From an uncultured delta proteobacterium (GTDB lineage: Bacteria; Desulfobacterota; Desulfobacteria; Desulfobacterales; B30-G6), in NCBI GenBank assembly GCA_963823335.1, contig CAWGLD010000004.1, positions 224,001-288,000 on the forward strand: a stretch of 64,000 bases of DNA, given 5' to 3'. Of this stretch, positions 41,928 to 51,019 are shown piece after piece. The notes beneath the pieces are model-generated. The model was not told the origin of the DNA and ran no database searches. It saw nothing but the letters and a program-made list of their open reading frames with translations. Numbering within the stretch: the first letter of the stretch is position 1; the number at the start of each line of letters is the position of its first letter. The position numbers and the translations under genes are program-made.

Positions 41928-43496
41928 TTATGCCCCCCTTACATAGTAATTGCGCATCATGCCCATGTCTTCATGCTCAAGGTTGTGGCAATGGTAAAGA
42001 AACAGACCCGGATAATCATCGAATTCCACCAGAATCCGGACATGCTCGCCCGGCATCAGCAGAACCGTGTCTTTCCATCCTTCATCCACATAACCGTTGT
42101 GTCTCACGCCGTTTCGCCCGAGGACCCGGAACTGTTTGCCATGCAGGTGGATGGGATGCGGCATGCTCATCATACCGCCGCCGGTATTATGGAACTCCCA
42201 GAGCTCTTTGGATCCCAGCTGAACGATCTCGTCATCTGCCACACCTTCCATTTGAAAGATACGGCCATTGATGGTCCACTGCATATGTCCCATAGTGAGA
42301 TAAAATTGCCGCGGACGGTCAAAGTTGTCGGCTGCGTGTTCTTGAATGGATTTTATCTCAGAAAGTTTCTGCGGCAACGGCCTTCTGACAGTCACAGACC
42401 TGGTGACTTTAATTCTGAACAAAGAAACCTGTGCACCATTGGGAAGACCTTGATCCCTTCTGCCACCCATCATCATACCGCGCCCCATTCCCCCGCCATC
42501 AAAAGGAAGGCTGATGAGAGCAGTTTCGTATCCGACTGGGCTGTCGCTGAAATCAGACCAGAGCTCAATTCTCTCTCCAGGTGCCAGGAACACGTATGAA
42601 CGCGAAACAGGCTTTTCCAGCAATCCGCCGTCTGTGCCGATAATGACGAGGGGATGGCCATCCTGCCATGCCAATCTGTAAATACGCGAATTGGATCCAT
42701 TCAACAAACGAAGTCGATAGGCGGTGGTGGATACGGGCAGGGTAAAATCGGGTCTCCCGTTGACCAGAATCGAATCACCCAGAAAACCGGTCATCTGGGC
42801 CATCCTGTTTCCGGATGCGTATAGCAGCTGGTTGCCACTATCAAAGGCCCGATCCTGAATCACCAGAGGAACATCATATTCTCCCTCGGGTAACCCCAGG
42901 GATTGTTCTTGCGGGTCAGATACGATAAAAAGACCCGCCAGACCGCCATACACCTGTGGTCCTGTTCGCCCGTGGGGGTGAGGGTGATACCAGTAGGTTC
43001 CGGCTCTGTTTTTGATCTCGAACTCGTACAGGTAGGATTGCCCTTTGGGAACCACATAACGCGGATGTCCGTCCATAGCCGCGGGAACATGCAGACCATG
43101 CCAGTGAACAATGGATGCTTCCGGAAGTGAATTGGTAAATCGGATCCGTACTTTCTCTCCCTTTCTCGCTTTTATGATCGGTCCAAGATAGCTTCCCGGC
43201 AGTTCGACCACCCGATTTTTATCGCCCTTGTTAAGCATGGCATGATATTGCCATATCTGTGTGGCCGCTCCTGGAAACATCGCCAATTCAGCCGGTTTGG
43301 CCACAAGAGAAATATCAAGATCAGGTATAAAGCCTGTTTTTGATATGGCATCCGCATGTTGACCTGCCCCTGCTTGATGCAACAGCGGCCAGGCACCACC
43401 TGCCATCAAGCCAAGGGTCCCATAACCGGCCAGCTTCAAAAACTGTCTTCTGTCACTTCCGCCTTCAATCCATAAGTCGTCATGTATATTTTTCAT
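41928..43496 (-). CDS. Tat-exported multicopper oxidase (CueO-like)
   Basis: RRQFLK Tat motif; HWHG, WYHPHPH, HPIHLHG, YHCHNLEHEDMGMM. Confidence 0.92.
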   Translation of the reverse strand: MKNIHDDLWIEGGSDRRQFLKLAGYGTLGLMAGGAWPLLHQAGAGQHADAISKTGFIPDLDISLVAKPAELAMFPGAATQIWQYHAMLNKGDKNRVVELPGSYLGPIIKARKGEKVRIRFTNSLPEASIVHWHGLHVPAAMDGHPRYVVPKGQSYLYEFEIKNRAGTYWYHPHPHGRTGPQVYGGLAGLFIVSDPQEQSLGLPEGEYDVPLVIQDRAFDSGNQLLYASGNRMAQMTGFLGDSILVNGRPDFTLPVSTTAYRLRLLNGSNSRIYRLAWQDGHPLVIIGTDGGLLEKPVSRSYVFLAPGERIELWSDFSDSPVGYETALISLPFDGGGMGRGMMMGGRRDQGLPNGAQVSLFRIKVTRSVTVRRPLPQKLSEIKSIQEHAADNFDRPRQFYLTMGHMQWTINGRIFQMEGVADDEIVQLGSKELWEFHNTGGGMMSMPHPIHLHGKQFRVLGRNGVRHNGYVDEGWKDTVLLMPGEHVRILVEFDDYPGLFLYHCHNLEHEDMGMMRNYYVRGA

Positions 43497-43539
43497 GATC
43501 AACTCCGTTGCCAAAAAAAGCCAATACATTGCCTGAAAA

Positions 43540-43572
43540 TCAGCAGGGCGGTCAATGAAGGATCGCCCTGCT
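43540..43572 (-). terminator. Intergenic hairpin
   Basis: agcagggcggtc-N-gatcgccctgct inverted repeat. Confidence 0.5.
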
Positions 43573-43594
43573 ATAAATGATATACAGATGTTTA

Positions 43595-44092
43595 CTACCA
43601 GCAGTTGCCGCCTCCGCCGTTATAACCATATCCCATCATCGGACCACCGGATCCCATCATGGGGCCGCCAGATTTGTAACCACGGCCAGCGTTCGGGTTC
43701 AGCTTCCGCATTTCAACCATATGCGCGATGCGCTTCTGATCGAACTGGGACTGCAGATCGGAAATCTCTTTTTGCAGGCGGGATGCCTGGGCCACGTCCG
43801 GCTCCTCTTTGGCCAGTTCGTTCTGCAGATCGCGTTCTTTTTCAAAGAGACTGGTCCGGATATCCTGGGTCTCATTGAAAAACGCTTCCCTATTCTGCTC
43901 GAACTGCTTGTATGCTTCCGGGCTCATTTGATCGACATTCCCATTGCCGTAACCATCCTGGTAGTGCATACCCCCACGATGGTGACCCCAGCCGCCGCCC
44001 CAGCCCATTCCACTATGGGCAAACGCGTTGATGCCGATTCCGAGTACCGCAATTAAAGCGATGGTGATGATAACATTTCTTAATCTAAACAT
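43595..44092 (-). CDS. ZraP/Spy/CpxP-like periplasmic protein
   Basis: Signal peptide, Gly/Met/His-rich ends, helical core EL....PD......L.KEIS.L; GGAGG RBS. Confidence 0.8.
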   Translation of the reverse strand: MFRLRNVIITIALIAVLGIGINAFAHSGMGWGGGWGHHRGGMHYQDGYGNGNVDQMSPEAYKQFEQNREAFFNETQDIRTSLFEKERDLQNELAKEEPDVAQASRLQKEISDLQSQFDQKRIAHMVEMRKLNPNAGRGYKSGGPMMGSGGPMMGYGYNGGGGNCW

Positions 44093-44156
44093 TTTTGTTT
44101 CCTCCTTGGTTTGTTTTGGTTCAATGTTCTTTGTAACTGATCTGCCTGGATAACAG

Positions 44157-44172
44157 AGCAAGCAGCATGCCA
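44157..44172 (-). promoter_or_regulatory. Sigma54 promoter
   Basis: TGGCATGCTGCTTGCT (GG-N10-GC). Confidence 0.85.
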
Positions 44173-44281
44173 GTCGCTAAAAAAAACAATAAAATTATAT
44201 TAACTTACTGATAATATATATAATTTAGGAAATTGAAATATTTGACCGGAAGAGAGAATGCCATTGGCTCTTAAAAATGAT

Positions 44282-44337
44282 GGTATAAATTTTACCCGAT
44301 TTAGTTTGTTAGAAAAAATATAGTATATTTTTTACCC
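44282..44337. promoter_or_regulatory. Paired enhancer (UAS) sites for the NtrC-type regulator
   Basis: GGTATAAATTTTACCC and AGTATATTTTTTACCC, 40 bp apart. Confidence 0.55.
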
Positions 44338-44733
44338 TCAGTTCCAGCTTTGGAACTGGCATTTCTTTATGCTGAGATAACTGAGCTTATTGAATGTTCA
44401 TACCTAAACGATCAACAGGCGCCCCACACCTATGCGTTTTATTTACTCGGAGCACAGGCTCTGAAAAATCAATCCGTTATTGATTATTCTGATAACTGGA
44501 CTATCTTTAGTGATATTATAATCAAAAAAATGCCTGTGTAGAAAATAGATCCGACCATTTTCACCCAGGCGATTGGAGGATATAATGAATCACGTTAAAA
44601 TCGGCCATATCCTTGGGATACGTTTTCTTGTATTTGAAACAGTCAAAGAAAACCCAGGCAATGTATATTTTTTCTTTAATCAAGATGGAGCGTATTCCGG
44701 GTCAAATTTTACAGGGAGGTAAAGAGGTTAGAT

Positions 44734-45030
44734 ATGGAACACTTTCTGAAGGGGCACAGGGTCATGTTCGGCATGGGAATAATTTTCATATTTATGGGTG
44801 TTATCAGCCTGTTGCTGGATGCCGGCCCTAAAGTGAGAGCCTGGTTGATTGTACTGCCTTTTGTCGGCGTCTTGATCGATATCGTGGCCATGTGACTCAA
44901 AGCGTTTGTTTCGCCAATCTTTTTCTGGCTGCATTTACACGGTGGCGGCCTTTTCGGCCTGGTATTCGTCTATGTGTCTCTGCGGGCACTGTGGGAAATG
45001 TGGATCAAGCCCCCGTCTCAGGAATCATGA
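44734..45030 (+). pseudogene. Membrane protein remnant with in-frame TGA (likely Trp to stop)
   Basis: ...IDIVAM*LKAFVSPIFFWLH... reading frame continues past TGA at 44893. Confidence 0.55.
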
Positions 45031-45049
45031 TCAGAGTCTCCCTTATAAA

Positions 45050-47446
45050 CTAAAACCGTATCTGCAGTCCGCCTCCCCAGCCGAATTCAGAATGCCACTG
45101 GCCCAGCAGGGAAACGGATTTTGTCAGCATATAGGACAAACCGGTCTTGCCTTCCCACAAATCATGGGTGTCGTATTGGACTTCGCCAATCAAGGATAGT
45201 CGCGGGGTCAAGCTGAACTCTTTGTCAAGTTTCACCCTGGCGCCACCATCGCTATCCACCCAAAGCATGGATTCTAAATTCAGGGGCAGTAGATAGTGTA
45301 CACCCAGCACGCCGCGGGTTTCCTCTGTTTCATCCCCTTCCCCGCTTACATCAACACCGGCAAACAGACTGCTAAATCGGTTCAGATAACGATCATAGGA
45401 GAAAAGTCCTTCCCAATCGGTGCCATCAACACCTTGCCAGCCGACTTCCCACTGCACCTCAAAGATGTTGCGTGTGTCCGACAGGGTGAGAGCACCTTCG
45501 GTCATGTTACTAAGGACTTCGGCCTCACCCCAGGCATACCAGGATTCCTTAAATAGGTTAGGCCGCGCAGCAGCGACATCCGGATTGGGCTGATAGCCGT
45601 CATAGTGGAGGACCCGTGCCATGCCGCTTTTCATGTGGTAGAGCAGATGACAATGAAAAAACCAGTCACCGAGCTCATTGGCCTTAAATTCGATTACCGT
45701 TGTAGACATGGGTTCAACATCAACTGTATGTTTAAGCGGTGCGTGCTCCCCCTGACCGTTGATGACTCTGAAAAAATGACCGTGCAGATGCATAGGATGG
45801 TGCATCATGGTACGGTTGATCATAATAAATCGGACGACTTCACCGGCACGGATACGAATGACATCACTCTCAGAAAGCGCTTTGTTGTTTAGAAACCATA
45901 CATACCTCTCCATATCCCCATCCAATGTCAGCCGGATTTCACGAACAGGCTTGTCTGTTTCAAATGCAGTCGGCTCCAATGCACGCAGTTTTGAATAGGG
46001 TGCCCAGGGGCGTCTCGGGTCCAAACCATCTACTGCCAGATCCTCCCTGGATGAAACATCTGCTGCCAGGAAACGAAAATCTGTTGCATATTTTTTCCCC
46101 TTGCGGTCTTTATGTTGCACACTCGACATATCCTGGGATGCATGCCCGGTTTTTTTCGTGCTATCCATTTCATGGGTTTTATTCATAGCCGTATCCATCT
46201 TCTCATGGCTTTCTGCGGTGGCGTCCATTTCAGCACTCATGTCCTGGTTTGCTGGGGTGGCATGGCCACCGTGCCCCATGCCTTCTTGTTCTTGCGCCAT
46301 GGACATCCCCTGCATCCCCATCATTCCGGGTTGATCGAATTTTCCGGACGCTATTTCGTCATCCGGCATACCCATGGCACCGTTGGGCGTGAGCGCCCAG
46401 ATGGAGGATTGGCTTGCATGGCTCATCTGATACAAATTGGGTTGAGGGACATCGGACGCAGGAAAACGTTCACCAGTCCCAAGCCACACAGATGCATAAT
46501 CCGATGCGTCATGGGCTGTGGCCCTCAACTCGTAAGCACCATTCTTGGGGGTTTCAACCAGTACATCGTAGGTTTCGGCAACACCGATCAAAAAGCGTTG
46601 CTGTGCTATCGGCTGCACCTCCTGGCCATCGGCTGCAACAATTTCCATGGGACCGCCCGCATACTCGAGATGAAAATAAGTTGTGGCGGATCCGTTGATA
46701 ATTCTCAGACGAACCGTTTCCCCACCGGTTGTTTTGATATGGGTTTCCGGCCGGCCGTTGGCTAAAAAGTAATCATAGGCCACATCAGCGATGTCCATGG
46801 CCGGCATGCGCTGTAACTCACGTGTAACATAGTCATCAAGCTTGCCGATGCGATACGCTCCCAGAATACTTTGACTGCTTCCCTTTTCAAGTGCATACCA
46901 TTCGCTTCCGCGCTTCAGTGAGCGCAGTACGCTGTGCGGATCTTCGGTAGTCCAATCAGACAGCAGTATCACGTGGTCGCTGTCCACATGCCGGTTTCCA
47001 TGTTCAGACTCGATAACGATAGACCCATAAACACCGTTTTGCTCCTGCAGATTTGAGTGTGAGTGGTACCAATAGGTGCCGCTCTGGCGAATGGGAAACT
47101 CGTAGGTAAAGGTTGCGCCGGGTTGAATCGGTGGAAAACTGATGTAAGGCACTCCATCCATGTCTGGCGGTACCAACAATCCATGCCAGTGAATTGATGT
47201 TGCCACAGACATGCGGTTATGAACAAGAATGCGCGCTGTATCCCCTTGCTTGAAACGTAATGTCGGACCGGGAATACCGCCATTGATGGTCATGCCTTCG
47301 GCTGTTTTACCTGTGATGGTTACCTTTTCCTGGGCAATGGTCAGTTCATAATTCACTGTTTCTGCCCTTCCCCAACCAGGTATCGCGCCCATGGTTAAGA
47401 GTAAAATGGGCAACCATATATACTGAGTTATTTGTCTTCTTTTCAT
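45050..47446 (-). CDS. CopA-type multicopper oxidase with Met/His-rich linker and C-terminal beta-barrel-like (CopB-like) region
   Basis: HWHG, WYHSH, HPMHLHGH, FHCHLLYHM..GM; C-terminal GLQIRF. Confidence 0.9.
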   Translation of the reverse strand: MKRRQITQYIWLPILLLTMGAIPGWGRAETVNYELTIAQEKVTITGKTAEGMTINGGIPGPTLRFKQGDTARILVHNRMSVATSIHWHGLLVPPDMDGVPYISFPPIQPGATFTYEFPIRQSGTYWYHSHSNLQEQNGVYGSIVIESEHGNRHVDSDHVILLSDWTTEDPHSVLRSLKRGSEWYALEKGSSQSILGAYRIGKLDDYVTRELQRMPAMDIADVAYDYFLANGRPETHIKTTGGETVRLRIINGSATTYFHLEYAGGPMEIVAADGQEVQPIAQQRFLIGVAETYDVLVETPKNGAYELRATAHDASDYASVWLGTGERFPASDVPQPNLYQMSHASQSSIWALTPNGAMGMPDDEIASGKFDQPGMMGMQGMSMAQEQEGMGHGGHATPANQDMSAEMDATAESHEKMDTAMNKTHEMDSTKKTGHASQDMSSVQHKDRKGKKYATDFRFLAADVSSREDLAVDGLDPRRPWAPYSKLRALEPTAFETDKPVREIRLTLDGDMERYVWFLNNKALSESDVIRIRAGEVVRFIMINRTMMHHPMHLHGHFFRVINGQGEHAPLKHTVDVEPMSTTVIEFKANELGDWFFHCHLLYHMKSGMARVLHYDGYQPNPDVAAARPNLFKESWYAWGEAEVLSNMTEGALTLSDTRNIFEVQWEVGWQGVDGTDWEGLFSYDRYLNRFSSLFAGVDVSGEGDETEETRGVLGVHYLLPLNLESMLWVDSDGGARVKLDKEFSLTPRLSLIGEVQYDTHDLWEGKTGLSYMLTKSVSLLGQWHSEFGWGGGLQIRF

Positions 47447-47498
47447 AACTTTTGTTTCCTTTTATCGTAACATACTTCTGATCAGCCGACACATGGCT

Positions 47499-48000
47499 TC
47501 AACGGCCAACCATTTGTATGTTTCCTGTCTGTTTGTCCACCAGCAGGCTTTGAATGGGGCTTCCGTCTGCCCGAACGATTTTAGCGATATAATAGCGCCC
47601 TTTGTTCTCGAGCGAGTTGATTTTGAATTTCTCGGAAACTGTTTGGCTTACCTCACGATCAATAATGATACGGGCAGTACCGGTGCTCATCCCGTCAAAC
47701 ATCTCCTGGATGATTTCGCGGTCGGATGAATCAGCGGCAAAATCAGAATTGCTAGCGGAAGATTCAGGGTCTTTTTTGTCTGCATAAGCCTGTTGTATGA
47801 ATTAGACCACTGCAGGCCAGACGGCTTGCAAGCTCCCCACCAGGCTGGCCGCCCATTCCGTCGGCAACTGCAAACAGACGTCCCTTGGCGTGTAAAGATA
47901 CATCCTCAGAGGTTACCCGCAGGGCATCTTGATTCTGTTGACGCTGCCCAATGTGGGATGAATATCCATAGTCGATTGTATAAAAATCCGGCTTCATCAC
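47499..48000 (-). pseudogene. PP2C phosphatase N-terminal fragment joined out of frame to the C-terminus of another protein
   Basis: SHIGQRQQNQD...LFAVADGMGG..GGELASRLA truncates; other frame runs QQAYADKK...LLVDKQTG. Confidence 0.65.
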
Positions 48001-48024
48001 CTTCTTTCGTTTCCTCACATCCTC

Positions 48025-48230
48025 ACTATCCACAACACGGTGTTTTTTTTATATCCAATGTTCCGATACTCGGCGTCACGACCTGGGTGATAGTCGGCAC
48101 GATTCTTGGACGAATGCCTGGCCTGCGACCCACAATGATCACAACGGCAAATCCGACGGCCAACCCGCTCAGAGCGCCCCCGATAGACCCGAATGAATCG
48201 GCAATCCTTTTTAAATTCTTACGCGCTCAT
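48025..48230 (-). pseudogene. C-terminal remnant resembling RseC/SoxR-reducing family membrane protein
   Basis: SIGGALSGLAVGFAVVIIVGRR...VPTITQVV...CCG*; upstream ATG is out of frame. Confidence 0.4.
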
Positions 48231-48293
48231 TCCTGTCACCATCCCTTGTTACAAAAAGCGGCTATTACAAGTTTACACACTCTATCGCGTTTT

Positions 48294-48554
48294 TCAGATC
48301 TTCGCCCGATAAAGCCTCAGACTGTTGCTGACAACGGATATACTGCTCATGGCCATGGCCAGGGCGGCAAGGATGGGATGAAGCTGTCGCAACATCATGG
48401 GGAAAGACTCAAAAGGCGCCAGTATACCCGCTGCCACAATACCATAAATCAATGACCTTCCTTTATTAGTTTTTGTGCCGGCACAGCAGGATATCCCGGG
48501 GGATTCATTGCCTATATTATTTTTTTCATCTTGAGTTTTCATTTTCATTTCCAT
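48294..48554 (-). pseudogene. Deletion fusion: N-terminus of a small protein plus last TM of a P1B (Cu) ATPase
   Basis: VAAGILAPF...LHPILAALAMAMSSISVVSNSLRL is the canonical P1B-ATPase C-terminus; the rest of the ATPase is absent. Confidence 0.8.
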
Positions 48555-48558
48555 ACTC

Positions 48559-48813
48559 TTAATGACAGCATTGTGGTTTGCCGCCAGTCGTCTTATTAAG
48601 ACGATTTATATATCGACCCCACAAACCCTTTTTTTTTGGTAATTTCTTTGCTAAATATTTCTTCGGGTCAGCAATAAATTCTTTTCGGCATGTTTCGGCG
48701 CAAAAAAAATAGGTGTTCTCGTTAAAAGTAAATGGCAGCACCTTACTGTTTTCGGCAACTTTCATTCGACACACCGGATCGACTTTAATATTTGTATTGG
48801 TTTGGATTTTCAT
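48559..48813 (-). CDS. YHS domain protein
   Basis: DPVCRMKV...YFFCAETC...F..DP.KY; C-terminal CCH. Confidence 0.85.
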   Translation of the reverse strand: MKIQTNTNIKVDPVCRMKVAENSKVLPFTFNENTYFFCAETCRKEFIADPKKYLAKKLPKKKGLWGRYINRLNKTTGGKPQCCH

Positions 48814-48846
48814 GTTGCGCCTCCGTTGTTGTTTTAAATGACCTCT

Positions 48847-49200
48847 CTAAATCGATAGATCCCGCCGTTTATTCTCAAATTCAGCCTTGTCTATTTCACC
48901 TTGAGCATAACGCTGTTTGAGGGTTTCAATTGGATTTCGTACACCATCTTGATGGTGTTTAGCGCCACGAACTCCGTTAACCGTCCCTGAAACCAGCAGT
49001 GCAATGGCTCCAATAAGAAAGACCCAGAAAATAATCATTATGATTCCCATACCGCCTCCCATATAACCATGATGTCCCATCAGATATCGACCGTTTCCCG
49101 ACCACCCGCCCATACCATGATCGTATAGAAACCAGACACCCAGGGCTATGAGGGACACGGACACGCCAAGGCTGAGAAGTGTTGAAGCTGTTCGTTTCAT
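48847..49200 (-). CDS. SHOCT domain membrane protein
   Basis: GHHGYMGGGMG; LKQRYAQGEIDKAEFE. Confidence 0.85.
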   Translation of the reverse strand: MKRTASTLLSLGVSVSLIALGVWFLYDHGMGGWSGNGRYLMGHHGYMGGGMGIIMIIFWVFLIGAIALLVSGTVNGVRGAKHHQDGVRNPIETLKQRYAQGEIDKAEFENKRRDLSI

Positions 49201-49295
49201 CTTTATTATCCTTTCTGAATAGTCTTATGCTTTTTTATCGATGGTAATTATCGGACCCAAAAGGCATCGCCTTTCAACCGTTCATTACAGTTAAG

Positions 49296-49311
49296 AGCAA
49301 GGCCTATGCCA
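49296..49311 (-). promoter_or_regulatory. Sigma54 promoter
   Basis: TGGCATAGGCCTTGCT (GG-N10-GC). Confidence 0.85.
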
Positions 49312-49511
49312 AAAAAGCGCTTATTCATCTGACAATAAATCTAACCAACTAATTAATTACGGTTTTTTAGAAATACATGCGGTGTTTCGGAAACAATTCA
49401 GGCAGGCTGTTTCTCTCATAAGCGTGTAAACAATAAACACATAATCATTTATGGATCGATAGCGTGTAACATTTATACGTTTTTCTGTGAAGCACGTAGA
49501 AGCACTCTCAA

Positions 49512-49563
49512 TTGAAACTCCCCGCCGCAAGCAGCGGGGAATGCGCTCGCTATTGCGGTTCAA
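49512..49563 (+). repeat. Dispersed palindromic repeat family A, copy 3 (minimal)
   Basis: TTGAAACTCCCCGCCGCAAGCAGCGGGGAATGCGCTCGCTATTGCGGTTCAA. Confidence 0.85.
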
Positions 49564-49581
49564 AGAAGAGAGAAGATCCAC

Positions 49582-50970
49582 TCATTTGGGATCCAATCCA
49601 TAGCCTTTCAATTTATTGTGCAGGGTCTTTCGGGTAACCCCTAAACGGCGGGCAGCTTCGGCTTTATTTCCGTTGCTGGCTTTCAGGGTGGCAAGTACAG
49701 CCTCTCTTTCAATATCTTCCAACGAACGCATACCGTCCGTTATGGGTGCCGCAGTGGCTGCCGATGCTTCGAGATCGGGATATTTTTCGGTGATATTCAG
49801 CGGCAGCTGTTTCTCGGTAATATACTCCCCGGAAAGCAGAATGACGGCTCGCTCCATGGCGTTTTCCAGTTCCCTGACGTTCCCGGGCCAGTTATAATTG
49901 AGCAGCATATCCATGGCCAATGGAACAAAGCCCTTAACAGACTTGCGGTTTTTGCCGGCAAATTTTTCAAGAAAATGCTGGGCCAGCAAGGGGATATCCT
50001 CCTGCCTTTTCCTCAATGGCGGCACATCCAAAGGCATGACGTTCAGGCGATAAAAAAGATCTTCCCGGAAATGCCCCTGGGCGACATCGGATTCCAGGTC
50101 ACGGTTGGTAGCGGCAACCACCCTGACATCCACCTTGATGGTCTCCTCACCGCCCACACGCTGTATTTCTCTTTCCTGAAGAACCCGCAAAAGCTTGGCC
50201 TGCATCGTGGAGGGCATTTCTCCAATTTCATCCAGAAAGATGGTTCCGTGATTGGCCAGCATAAACCGGCCTTCGCGGCGTTTGTCCGCGCCTGTAAAGG
50301 CACCCTTTTCGTGTCCGAACAGCTCTGACTCGAGCAGTGTTTCCGCAATGGCCGCACAATTGACCACCACCAGGGGCTTTTCCCGGCGCGGGCTGTTGAA
50401 ATGCAGGGATCGGGCAATCAATTCCTTGCCGGTGCCACTTTCGCCGGTGATTAACACGGTGGCCTCGGAGGGTGCGACCATGGACACCATATCCAATAAT
50501 TTCTTCATCGGCTGACTTCTGCCGATGATGTTCTCAAGGTTATAATCCCCTCGCAGATGCTCCTTTAAAGCCCTGTTCTCTTCTCTGAGCCCGGCGTGCT
50601 CACCGGCCCGCTCGATGGTGAGTTTCAGGACTTCAAAATCCAGCGGCTTGATCAGGTAATCGTAAGCCCCGGACTTCAAAGCCTCCACCGCCGTGTCCAC
50701 GGATGAATAGGCCGTCATGATAATAACCGGAATCGTGGGGTTGTAGGCTTTGATCTGCTTAAGTGCTTCGATGCCGCTCATGGTTGCCATACGAACGTCC
50801 ATCAGAATAAGATCCATGGGTCCGGATTTCACCACATCCACAGCGGCATCTCCGTCATCGGCGGTTTCGGCCGCATACCCCCAGCTCCGAATGACGGTTT
50901 TGAGTGAAACCAGATGACCGGGATCGTCATCCACGATCAATATTTTGGTTGTTTTAGGCGATACCATCAT
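49582..50970 (-). CDS. Sigma54-dependent response regulator (ZraR-like)
   Basis: REC domain; GESGTGKE, ESELFGHEKGAFTGA, FLDEIG; Fis HTH. Confidence 0.92.
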   Translation of the reverse strand: MMVSPKTTKILIVDDDPGHLVSLKTVIRSWGYAAETADDGDAAVDVVKSGPMDLILMDVRMATMSGIEALKQIKAYNPTIPVIIMTAYSSVDTAVEALKSGAYDYLIKPLDFEVLKLTIERAGEHAGLREENRALKEHLRGDYNLENIIGRSQPMKKLLDMVSMVAPSEATVLITGESGTGKELIARSLHFNSPRREKPLVVVNCAAIAETLLESELFGHEKGAFTGADKRREGRFMLANHGTIFLDEIGEMPSTMQAKLLRVLQEREIQRVGGEETIKVDVRVVAATNRDLESDVAQGHFREDLFYRLNVMPLDVPPLRKRQEDIPLLAQHFLEKFAGKNRKSVKGFVPLAMDMLLNYNWPGNVRELENAMERAVILLSGEYITEKQLPLNITEKYPDLEASAATAAPITDGMRSLEDIEREAVLATLKASNGNKAEAARRLGVTRKTLHNKLKGYGLDPK

Positions 50971-51019
50971 GACCTCCTGATTGTTTCACTGATATGATAT
51001 CGTTTATAATAACGGCTCA

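Noticed and set aside
44893-44895. Second in-frame TGA as possible selenocysteine
   Set aside because: Hydrophobic context (AM*LKAF) fits a Trp TGG-to-TGA nonsense change; no Cys/redox motif and no clear SECIS hairpin.
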